A stretch of DNA of 64,000 nt from Balanoglossus misakiensis (taxonomy: Eukaryota > Animalia > Hemichordata), in the NCBI GenBank assembly GCA_040954595.2, contig CM082597.2:4965244-5029243 (forward strand). The letters run 5' to 3'. Both the position numbers and the translations under genes were made by a program. Under the pieces are notes generated by a model, which had not been told where the DNA came from, did not search any database, and saw only the letters and a program-made list of their open reading frames with translations. Each line of letters opens with the position of its first letter. The first letter of the stretch is position 1. Below, one piece after another: positions 53,920-64,000 of the stretch.

Positions 53920-56711
53920 GATACCTGGAAATGTAAACAAACGGGAACATTTTGTTGGCGAAACTTGAAAAACAATGTAGTGAAAGCTTACTGTGGTATA
54001 GTAACATCAACGCGCTATACAATTTTATGGTCAATTAATTGACCCAAAGAAATTTGTAATATCGCGTGATATTTATTACCATTCCAATGTGTATCATTCT
54101 ACAGCCTTCAAGGTGAAGTTCAAACAGTTTGTGATTCTGTCCAAGTATCTTATCTTTATGACAGATTGTATGTCGTGTTTCAAACAAGTCACGGGCACGC
54201 AAATATTTCAATTTTTTTTGTTCGGCGTCTATGCTTGCCATCCTGAGCAAATATGACAATGAAAAAAAGCAAATATGTTTTTATCCTAGCGACAATGTTG
54301 TCCATGCAACACAATACTACTTATTGGCTTAACTGGGCTGTGGGCTAGTGAGCAACGATGTGTGATTAAACTTCTCGTCAAAAAACTTGTAGTGGTCTAA
54401 TTTTGTTGCAGTGGGGTTTTTTACACACACACATAAACGTGCACTGCCGAAGTTTTGTATCGTTCATTTTAACACTGGTAAATCATATAATGTCATTCAC
54501 GAAGTACCTATCCCACCCTTTCTGCGAAAAACGATTGATTGAGCTCATAATGTTGATTTGAAATCAATATTCATTTTTATGAACTCTCTCGATTTGAGGA
54601 AGAGAGGTAGAAGTTGTCTGTTGGATTTTACAACCCCCCCCCCCACCTTCCCCCACTCTCTCCTCCTCTCTCGCAAAAACATACAAGAACCTCAAAACCA
54701 ACTTCACATCCACATTACTTTGCAAAGGTACGTCGTTGGCAATATCATCATAGCCCTAGTTTATAAGTTTCCCATATGATACTTTTGTTGAGCGGAACAG
54801 GGCGTTTTAACACAAAAAAGAGGAAACGAAATTGAGTCATCCCACCCACTGGCTCGTATGAAAAAAAATCATACTTACCACAACTAATTCAGATTCCTGT
54901 ATACACGAAGACGAGTTGTTGAAAATGAGTTTTTTTACCGACTGCGTTCTGTTCAGGAGCGCGACTGCTTTAAACTGGTTGGACAGTTGAGACTGTCCGG
55001 TTTATTTGGTCAAATATATAGGTGTTGTTTACATAGGACAATATCGTGTCAGTAATTTATGATTGATGGATATTTTTGTGCTAACAAATCATGACTCATT
55101 CCCCACCGCTGCTGTTGTTACTATATGTGCCAGATCAACAAACATCAAAACAAGTGTTAAATTTGCGAAGGAATGCACACTGACGTAAATAAAACGACGT
55201 ATGATAACAGACAAAGCTTTATGTATGCAGGTGATGTATGGTTTAAACCACATGTTTTTATTTGGATAGAGTTTGTTATCGTTCTGTTGTCATTACAGCA
55301 GACAGGTCGTTTGAACCCCGGTGAGGTTGTTCCCACTGCAATGCAACTTTAAAATGCAAACACATACTGTTGACGATCGGATTGATAAACCTTGCATACC
55401 GCCTTTCTTAGAGTGTTACGAATACCAATTGGTCATGTTAACTTTAAACTTTTAACACAGGCGACTGAGGTTATAACGATGGTCACAATGCTGGTGATAA
55501 TAATGCGTGCATGTGCTCGTCAGCGGTGAGCTGGTGTCAGCACTGGACTCCTCCCAACGGTGTTGAAATCGTGGGGCGATGTCCGATTTGACAGCTACTG
55601 AGTTATGACTGATTTACCTGGTATCAGGGAATGGTAGCGTTGCCAAGTACCTAGATAGGCCATGACGCATGATGTGATGTGATGACGGTGGTGATGAGGG
55701 GGGTGGGGATTTGCACGAGGTCGTCAATTTGAAGGCCAACGTTTTGTCTTGCTTGTAAAAACAAACTCCAGCAGGTCAGTTCCTTTTACTTGGTATTTTT
55801 GTTTGAGTTTTCGTGATTCACACTCAAGTATAATTATGATAATGAGGGTATGGCTGACATTTCCTATCAAGAGACTACCATGTCAACGCCATAGTGAACC
55901 TGTCGCCAGTTTTCACAAGATTATAAGTCTCATAGCTTTCACCATATTTTCCCCGCAAAATTTGGATCAAGACCTGCAGACAGCGGAAATAAATAATCGG
56001 TCATTCTGATACTTTGTAACGGAAAAAATAAAACAAGTGAAAAAGTTGATTGACTTTAATATACCAACTACAAAGACAGACATGTCTGACCAAAGGAAGT
56101 CATGAAATACAGTAAACATATTTCTTCTATCTCTTACTGCAGTGAGTTGTTGACTTTTTACCAAGAATGCAATTATTATAATGTGACTTGACCCCTTAGC
56201 ACAAAGTGAACACCAGACCAACAGTTAGGAACATGCTGTATGATACTGAGAAGTACGTCCAAATTTCTATACGCTACTCCTTAACCAAACTTGGGCCTGC
56301 GTCTTTTCTTCCAGGCCAGTCTGGTGATAATTTCCAATTGGTTACAAGAATTAATCAGTTAAAATTGTCAACAACTTCGATATTCACTTTAAAAGCACTA
56401 TTTTAAATTTTCTCCAAAGAGTACACACAAGCAGTGGCGGCCATTTTGAATTTCAAATTTGAGACGGTTTCGCTCAACCATTCAAAATTTTGCACGGTGA
56501 CCCTAATTTCTATTCTTAGTTTTAAAAGTGAAAATTCTAAAGTTACTTTAGTTAAATATGGGAAAAAAATTTAGAGGCGCATTCTACCTTTGTTAAATAA
56601 AACGCCATCAATAATCTGTTCGGTAACAGTGGCATTTTCTCAATGGCCAAATTTGACCTATGACACGGTGTGACCCATGACACTACATGACGTCACAATC
56701 TCCCAGACCAA

Positions 56712-59505
56712 TCAGGGAGATGTAAGGAAGATGGCGACAGCAGAGGTCATCGCCATGGCGACCAGGGACGTCGTGATGCGGAGGGCGTCTCCACCATCGC
56801 CACCACTGTCGCCGCCCTCACCCGGAGGGGTGTCCGTGTTACACAGTCTCCCTTCGCAGCATTTGGTTTCCAGACCTGCAATACAACCATAACGTGTGAT
56901 TTTCAGGTCTTTATCTCACTTGTACATCAACTTGGCACCTGTTCAGTTTTATGTTACACATCATGCAACCTGGACTATACTATTATTTTTGGGACGTGTC
57001 GAAGAGTTACGAGGGTAAGTGGCCCCTCTCTCGCCCTGCATATTGAAGAATAAGAGCGTATTTGCCATAAACTTACGTGTACTTCCAACCATCGAATCGC
57101 TTGGAGTGCACAAGGTGTTGCACGATCTCGTGAAATCAGTGACCTCGTCGCCCGTGTAGGAGAAGATTGTCTGTACGAAAAATGCACACGAGAATTACAA
57201 GCTGTATCTTTTCGCTATGTTTTCGGCTTTTTAGTTTTGCGTAACTACCGCAGTTTATTGTCCAAATTTCTGAAATCAAATGACGTCTGCTATGCACAGA
57301 AATTTGCCTCTTCGTTCTTTGTCTTATTCAGTACATATCTCAGGTGCTTCAAAACCAGAAAAATAAGAACTTACTGTGCACTTAGCACACAACGATGCCC
57401 CTGACATTGTATTGGTGTCGCCACTTGGATTCAAACAGTTGCTGTCGGCCGGGTGACTGCACGAATAGCATTCATTTTCAGACGGGTCGGTATTGGCAAC
57501 TGAAAAACATTACAGACAGACACACCAACATTCCTATTAAAGCACATGTACAATCTAAACGTTGAAAGAGCTGATACGTTTGTGTGAACGACGTTCTAAA
57601 TCGCCCTCACACGACAGGTAGAGGGATAGAGAGGGAGAGGGGGGGGTAGAGAGAGACCATATTTCGAATACATGAATTGACCTTCCGGTCACATGCGTCA
57701 TTTTACCGCATGCTCTGTGACGAATTACAATGATTCACCCGCTCTTTGAATTCATAGTAACATGGTACAAGTATTGTGCTCTACTGACATGGCAACGAAG
57801 ACCTGAAGGTCCACCTGACATAATAGGTGTGTTTTCGCTCGGATAGCAAACGACTGGATGCGTGCCAGCAAAGCACAAAAGTACCCTATTCGTTGAATTG
57901 TGCGAATACGTTCCTTGACAGTAGAAAGGCCCCTTTATGTGTTGAAGTGTGTAAACGATTTCACCAAAATCCTCAGTAAACAAACGTTCGCTCAAGGGCT
58001 CGCTGGCCATCCAGCGGCCACAGAGAATAATATACGTGGCCCTGAATTGGATTGTACCACGTCGTTATACTGCTCAATATATAAGAATAAAGAATACGTC
58101 ACGGCTTGGCGTGAAACTAAATCAGACAATGGTTTATATACATGTACGTAGGTAGAAATTGGCCGATTTTTCTACGAACCAGGCTCTGAAAACAACACCT
58201 ATAATCCAGATTTCTGTCAAAGTTCTGGCATCGAGACAAACGTGATGGATAGACACGAATGCGAAATTATCATAATATACTTTATAGCAGTACTTACGCA
58301 TCGTGTCCGGGTCGTGATCGTTACACAATTCACTGCTACAACAGCTGACTATGGTTCCTGTGGAGACAAATATTGGCCTGTACGATTTGTGTTGGACTTT
58401 ACATTCCATAGATCAGATGAACACAGTTTCATGACTCTCACCCCCCTCTCTCATTATCTATCTCTTACTCACTCGCTCTCTCTCACTCAGATCCGATCCG
58501 ATCAAATGTGTTGCTGTCTCTATCTGTCTGTCTGTTTGTCTCGTCTGTCTGTATGTCTGTCTGTCTGCCTGCCTGCCTGCCTGCCTGCCTGGCTGGCTAT
58601 ATATCCCCCTCTTCTTTCACTCACCCGATTCCTGTATCAGGGGAACATATCAAATCAAATGTCGCTGTCTCTAACTGTCTCCTGCCTGTCGCTCTGTTTG
58701 TCTACCTGTCTATATACTAGTATCTCCCTCTTTTTGTCTTTCTTTCTCTCCCCCCCCCTTCTCTCACTCACCCGAGTCCTGTATCAGGGGCACATTGATC
58801 GGATCGCAGGTGCTGTCACATCTTCGAGAAATACTCGAAGGAGTTCCCAAAAGATACACGACCCCAGTCTAAACGGAAAGTCACAAAGAGTACCAGCGAA
58901 AAGAAAATTGTAATAATGGTTATAAACAATTTACAATTCATCCACAAATCCCTGAAATCAGATCATTCTTAGAATCCAACCATAGCAAAGACTGGGCATG
59001 ACAGCAACTGAAGATTCTAATAGGTCGTGGCGACTGCAGTGAGGTTTGCTCTGGTATGGGATGACATATTCTCACCAAGGAGGAAACCCACGCGGCGCAA
59101 CGATCCCTTCCCTTTAAAGTTTAAGTTGGTTGAAAAAAAGTAAAAGGTGTATTTACAACACACTGGCCTGTGCACTCCGTGGTCGGGCTGTCAACGTTCA
59201 GATTAATGCAGTTATCGACCTCTAATATCGATGCGCAGTCGTAACAAGAAAACGCTGATCCGTGTTCTATTATACAAGAATAAAAATGACGATTTCAGTT
59301 GCATTACAGGACAATGTGATTAATAAAACAATATGGCGGAAACAGAATGTAAAGCTTTGAGCAATTTGTGACAATAGAGTCATTTTTCTGTTGTTGTTTT
59401 TTAAGACATTGCAATGTTTCAAATCAATTGGAGACTAAAACACTTACCAAACACACACACCAGACATAAAAACGCAACAAACAGTTTCTTCTGGAGGATC
59501 TTCAT
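56712..59505 (-). CDS. Ly6/uPAR protein 3 with two tandem LU domains and a GPI signal
   Basis: Exons 59448-59505 (signal), 59157-59266 (FSCYDC), 58772-58868, 58298-58357 (CCSSELCN), 57375-57499 (ECYSC), 57077-57170, 56712-56875 (CCEGRLCN, Gly/Asp spacer, hydrophobic tail). 2 x 10 cysteines; all phases compatible. Confidence 0.88.
58917..59117 (+). mobile_element. Partial TTAA MITE retaining the right TIR
   Basis: Ends cgcggcgcaacgatcccttccct|ttaa, near reverse complement of the left end at 59607 (ttaa|agtgaaggggtcgtcgcgccgcg); body matches 7283-7500. Confidence 0.75.
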
Positions 59506-59606
59506 GGTGATTTTTGCCTAGAAACGGAGGTTATGTTTAAAAGAAGCTTGACATTATTTTCTCTTGCTGTGACAGGAGTCCTGACTAGAAAAGAGATTTT
59601 GAATCT

Positions 59607-59730
59607 TTAAAGTGAAGGGGTCGTCGCGCCGCGTTTGTTTGTTTATAAACATTACAATTCATCCACAAATCCCTGAAATTAGATAATTCTTAGAATGAAC
59701 GAAGCAGTCAACCGTGGCATAGACTGGGCA
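59607..59730 (+). mobile_element. Truncated TTAA MITE retaining the left TIR
   Basis: Same family as 7283-7500 and 58917-59117. Confidence 0.75.
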
Positions 59731-59774
59731 TCAAAGATTGGCCATGTATATAATACACGTCATATTTTACTCAC

Positions 59775-59859
59775 CGTCCGTATGCGGAAAGTTAAGTCCT
59801 TAACAGTTGTATTCCCCGGGCTTCTTAAGGGCGCAAGCAGAGCGTGCACGATTTTATAG
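59775..59859 (-). promoter_or_regulatory. Probable TATA box and non-coding first exon of Ly6 gene 3
   Basis: Minus-strand TATAAAA at ~59852-59858, a gtgagt donor at ~59774, and acceptor tttctag just before the ATG at 59505. Confidence 0.5.
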
Positions 59860-60961
59860 CAGTTCGATTTGCATAGAAAAGGTGTTGACAATGATGTCAT
59901 ATTTGGGCGCAATTTCGCAACCTGAAATCTGGGCCGTGTCCAGACAAGCAATTCTTCTCACAATAACGATTGCTGACGCAGCACTCATATTTAAAAAAAA
60001 AGCAAGGCGTGGCGATCACAAGTACCCATATTCTATTAATGTCTGAAAACAAGGACGCATCTTTCACAGTACAGCACAATGCACAGTATTACATAGCGAG
60101 TTGCATGTGAGGAAGACCTACTTATTTAAATAAGTAGGGTGACAGAGGAAGAGGTCATAAACGGCACAGGTAGTGAAAGGAGATTTCATATGGCACAAAC
60201 AGGTGAACAACCTGGTAATACAGGTTACGTGTCACGGGATTGCTCTAACACTGCCTGCAGACTCTCTACATCGGATTACACACAATAAGAACTATTTTGG
60301 GATTATATGTATAAGATATCCAGAAATATCGTATAAATCAACTTCTGAGGCAGTTAAATGCGCTGACAAAATCCAAAGAAGGTAAAATAATAGAATTACG
60401 TGGCGACATTGTTAGCAAAGCCGTTGATGAAACGGGCAGTACGGTTGGCTTACTGGCCTCGTTTTCGTGTCATATTGGAAGGGCGCCCTCTTTACGAAAA
60501 GGCGTATACAGCTAAGTAAGCATTCAACCTCAACATTCACCCTTTTGCAAAGACAACATTTCCACTTTTGTTTGTTCTAGGACGAGTTAGAACTTCATAA
60601 AGTTCATAAATACAGAAGAATGGTCCACCGTCCCAGAGTTTAAACTCAGAATGGTAAACTCAACCAGCAAAATGCCAGGATGTAAAGGTCATATATAGGT
60701 CAAAAAGCGGCCTATATAACGTGCGTAGCCAATTGGGAGATACCGGGGTCAGGGGAGCCTGCAAACAGTAAGTAGATTCGGAGCTGTCGTCAACCAGAGA
60801 CAGCGAAAAGATGAATACTTGAAACCAGCAATTACTTTTTTTCTAGGAGATATTTATTTTTTACATAGCAAAAAGCGATGAGAAGAAAGACTACTCTGAT
60901 AGCAACCTCTGGAGTAAATAAGTGTCGTTCATGTAACAAACACACATGAAACAATATACAC

Positions 60962-61198
60962 ATGATGACTGACAATGAGGGCAACAGTGTATTTTGATAA
61001 CAGAGGGCACTGCTAGTCACAACTAAAACAGACTGTTTTGGTGTGACTGGCAGTCCCGAGGTCATCAAAAATACACTGTTGCCCGAATACTGTCAGTCAT
61101 CGAAATGATGCCCTAGGGAACAGTTCAAAATGACTAAGGTCACGTGACGGCGTATTGACGAATCACGACCGAGGGTTCGCTTCATGGTGTGTTACAAT
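60962..61198. mobile_element. Hairpin-plus-tail element
   Basis: Imperfect palindrome 60962-61101 (atgactgaca..gggcaacagtgtattttgat...atcaaaaatacactgttgccc..tgtcagtcat) followed by a tail containing gacgaatcac. Confidence 0.6.
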
Positions 61199-61343
61199 CT
61201 AAAATGAATGACTCTTTTCTTGATTATTTTTTCTTAATACAAAGATGATTCAGCCAAAATATTTTGATTGAGAAAACCCAATACATGTACTAGTAATTAT
61301 CAAATCAGTGGCCAAAGATGGCGGATATGCCCTTGCGCCTTAA

Positions 61344-61557
61344 CCCTTTCAACGCCATAGCCAACTTGTCATTTTTTCCCACAAAATTAACTTCGTAACT
61401 GTTGTATTTCTTCCCTACACTTATGATCAATAGCCGAAGAAAATGAAAAAAAAATCCACCTGGTCTACTAAAATAATTGGAAAAATAAGAGAAAATGTGT
61501 GACACTGATCAAAATGTTGCACAGCATTTTGACAGCAAACATATGGCGTCCAAAGGG
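61344..61557. mobile_element. piggyBac-type MITE (214 bp)
   Basis: TTAA|CCCTTTCAACGCCATA...TATGGCGTCCAAAGGG|TTAA (14/16 TIR match). Confidence 0.8.
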
Positions 61558-61687
61558 TTAAGTCGATGGCGCGTGTTCAAATGGAAGTTTGGTGAAAGAA
61601 TGTGCACGATAGCAGACTAATGTTCAAATTCTCTCTGTAAAGGCTCTCATGCAACTTGGCATAGCCCGGAGCATCCTGTGTTGGAGC

Positions 61688-63541
61688 CTAGAGTAAGATA
61701 TACACAGAGATGATCGCTGACGTCATCAGCGCTGCCAGAGAAACTACGGCGCGGCCTACGTCAGAATGGTCATTGTTACACAGGTCAGTTGAGCAGCAAG
61801 TAGTAGCAGTTCCTGAAATATTAATGAGAAATTCGAGGTAAATATGGGATCTGTGTGGATGAGTGAGTGAGTGAGTGAGTGAGTGTAAGTGAGTGAGTGA
61901 GTGAGTGTAAGTGAGTGAGTGAGTCAGTCAGTGAGTGTAAGTGAGTGAGTCAGTGTGAGTGAGTGAGTGTATGGGTGGTTGTGACTAAGTATTAAGTTGT
62001 TGTTGTTTCATTCCTCCTCAAAGACAGAAGAGTTACAACACAAATGAATAAACATAAATACAGAAATAGACAAATAACAAAAAAGTACAATAGAACCATT
62101 TTGCGTAGTTGTGGTACATATTCGCCAGAATGGCACTCATTTTGGAGGTCAGTCAGTGAGTGAGTGGATGAGTCAATCAATCAGTCAGTCAAACCCCTTA
62201 GGAATAATTTCTCTGTTACAATCTCTCATATGTCGATTTGTATTCATAGTCCGTCAAAAGGTAAAAAAAAAAATGGAAAACTTACGGACGCTACCGGCGG
62301 TTAGGTCGCTTGCAGCACAGTAGGGATTGCACATCCTCTGAACCGATGTTAGGTCTCCGCTCGTGTAAGTAGCCGTAGTCTGCAGAACAGAGTAAACGTC
62401 ACAGTTCAGATTGAGAATACAAGTATGCACGATTATCTAATTTGGTGAAACCGCATACCGAGGGGACATTGCATGTAAAATGAACACATTTTCGGATTGA
62501 GAATACAAGTATGCACAATTATCTAATTTGGTGAAACCGCATACCGAGGGGACATTGCATGTAAAATGAACACATTTTCGGATCACTATCTGTAACTTCT
62601 GGCTATGTGGTGCGTGTATCGGTTTGTGTATCAAGTAACTGTTTTGTTAGCTCCCTATAGTATCTCAAGATGCCCAGTTTTCTTTCGTCAACAGCTATGT
62701 GTAAAACTGTGTGTACGAACAATAGTTAAAGGGACAAAGTCTCTCACTCGCTGCCCTTTTCCCATTATTTATGTTTGATACAAGACACTGTCCATTTTAT
62801 TTTACATGTGGATATATTGTGAATCAACGTTCGACTACACACAACTTCCATCCCACCTGTAGTCACGAGAGTGAAAAACTCACCAAAATGAATAATCGGT
62901 GTTTACTTTTATTCATTTTGTCGAGATTTTTACTCGCATGTCTTACACACGGGATGGAAGTTGTGTGTGGTCGAACGTTGATGCACTATATATCCACATG
63001 TAGAATAGCATAAACAGTGTCTTGTATCAAACATTATTAATGGAAAAGGGGCAGTGAGAGAGAGACTTTGTCCCTTTAATGTTGATAAATGCATTCCCGT
63101 CAGAACAATTGTTGAAGAATAACAATGCACCCATGGGCTGCGTTAAGAAGATTCGCGCTATGTATTTAACCCTACCTCAGTGAGATGAGATGAACAAGAA
63201 TTTAAACCATCGTTGTGTCACGCTCCTCAAAACAGTGATTATGCTCTTCCAGGGAATCGTGGAAAGTTTAACATTGTGAGCCTGAGAACTACGCAGGCAA
63301 GTTCACACCTTGGAAATTAAATTACCCACGTGTGTGGCTGAGCCCTTTGACATGACCATCTGTGGTCAATGTATTTGACACGTCTACCAGTGTTCACAAT
63401 TTTCCCGCCCAAAAAAAACTTGTCTACTTACAGAGCAGGAGGAGCATGTGGAAGTACCAGTGGTACTGTCGGGAGAACGACAGTTGTTCTCGCCTGGCCA
63501 GGTACAGGAATAGCATGAGTCACTGCCGCCTCCGTTGGAAC
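61688..63541 (-). CDS. Ly6/uPAR protein 4, 3' part (5' exons probably beyond the window)
   Basis: Exons 63432-63541 (GSNGGGSDSCYSC...TCSSC), 62286-62379 (QRMCNPYC), 61688-61812 (CCSTDLCN plus GPI-type tail AVVSLAALMTSAIISVYILL). Confidence 0.85.
61858..61970. repeat. (GAGT)n microsatellite
   Basis: Direct repeats. Confidence 0.9.
62409..62583. repeat. 86-bp tandem duplication
   Basis: gattgagaatacaagtatgcac... at 62409 and 62495. Confidence 0.9.
62730..63075. mobile_element. Fully palindromic MITE (346 bp) with TTAA TSD, Kolobok-type
   Basis: TTAA|AGGGACAAAGTCTCTC...GAGAGACTTTGTCCCT|TTAA; the arms pair imperfectly along nearly the whole length. Confidence 0.88.
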
Positions 63542-64000
63542 CTAGAAGTGAGCAGGCGACAATGATGAGCAGGCGGGATTCTGCCGGCCGCACGATCGTC
63601 TTTTGCGCATGTGCAAAGTCCGCGTATACAAACATTTATATGTTCTGCAAATTTTGAGTTCGACGCATTCAAATAGTGGACTGCCTTCGCTGCTATCCGT
63701 ATTTAATTTTTCACTGTATCAGTGGACTTTCGTTTTGTCCGGCCTTCTGTTCACCCAATTTACGGTCTTTTCCTGATCCCCGACACAGACTATGGTCGCC
63801 GCCATCTTGCCTGTTGTTAGGACAGCAAAGTGCCTTATGGCATTGACTGTATAGAATTTTTGAAACCACAGTCTTTGATTTCGCCATAGACCATATAGTC
63901 TATGGTTTCGCACATGCGCATAAGACAATCGGTGGTTATTTAAAAACGCTTTAATGAGTAGAACAAGTAACAGTATTTGTTGAATAGAACAACAATAATA

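Noticed and set aside
58134-58913. 223-aa plus-strand ORF, and minus-strand read-through of Ly6 gene 3 exon 4
   Set aside because: The plus ORF is antisense to real exons and runs through microsatellites; the read-through tail is not a convincing GPI signal.

Overview
This is AT-rich, intron-containing animal genomic DNA. The gene and repeat content suggests an invertebrate deuterostome such as a hemichordate, which is inference only. Splicing exons by hand at GT-AG boundaries with consistent phases gives eight protein-coding genes. (1) A Gal3ST-type sulfotransferase on the minus strand. (2-3) Two tandem NXPE-family (PC-esterase/GDSL) genes on the plus strand, head-to-head with it. (4) A complete 22-exon, 691-aa XPNPEP2-like aminopeptidase P with a GPI-type tail on the minus strand; its five metal ligands are intact but conserved substrate-binding histidines are changed. 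(5-8) A minus-strand tandem cluster of at least four Ly6/uPAR three-finger genes, one with two LU domains and one running off the right edge. Non-coding DNA holds many non-autonomous transposons (TTAA-, TA- and 9-bp-TSD MITEs, a Helentron-like insert, hairpin elements, a probable LTR remnant), minisatellites and microsatellites. Most ORFs in the supplied track are spurious or exon fragments. No rRNA, tRNA or CRISPR array was seen.
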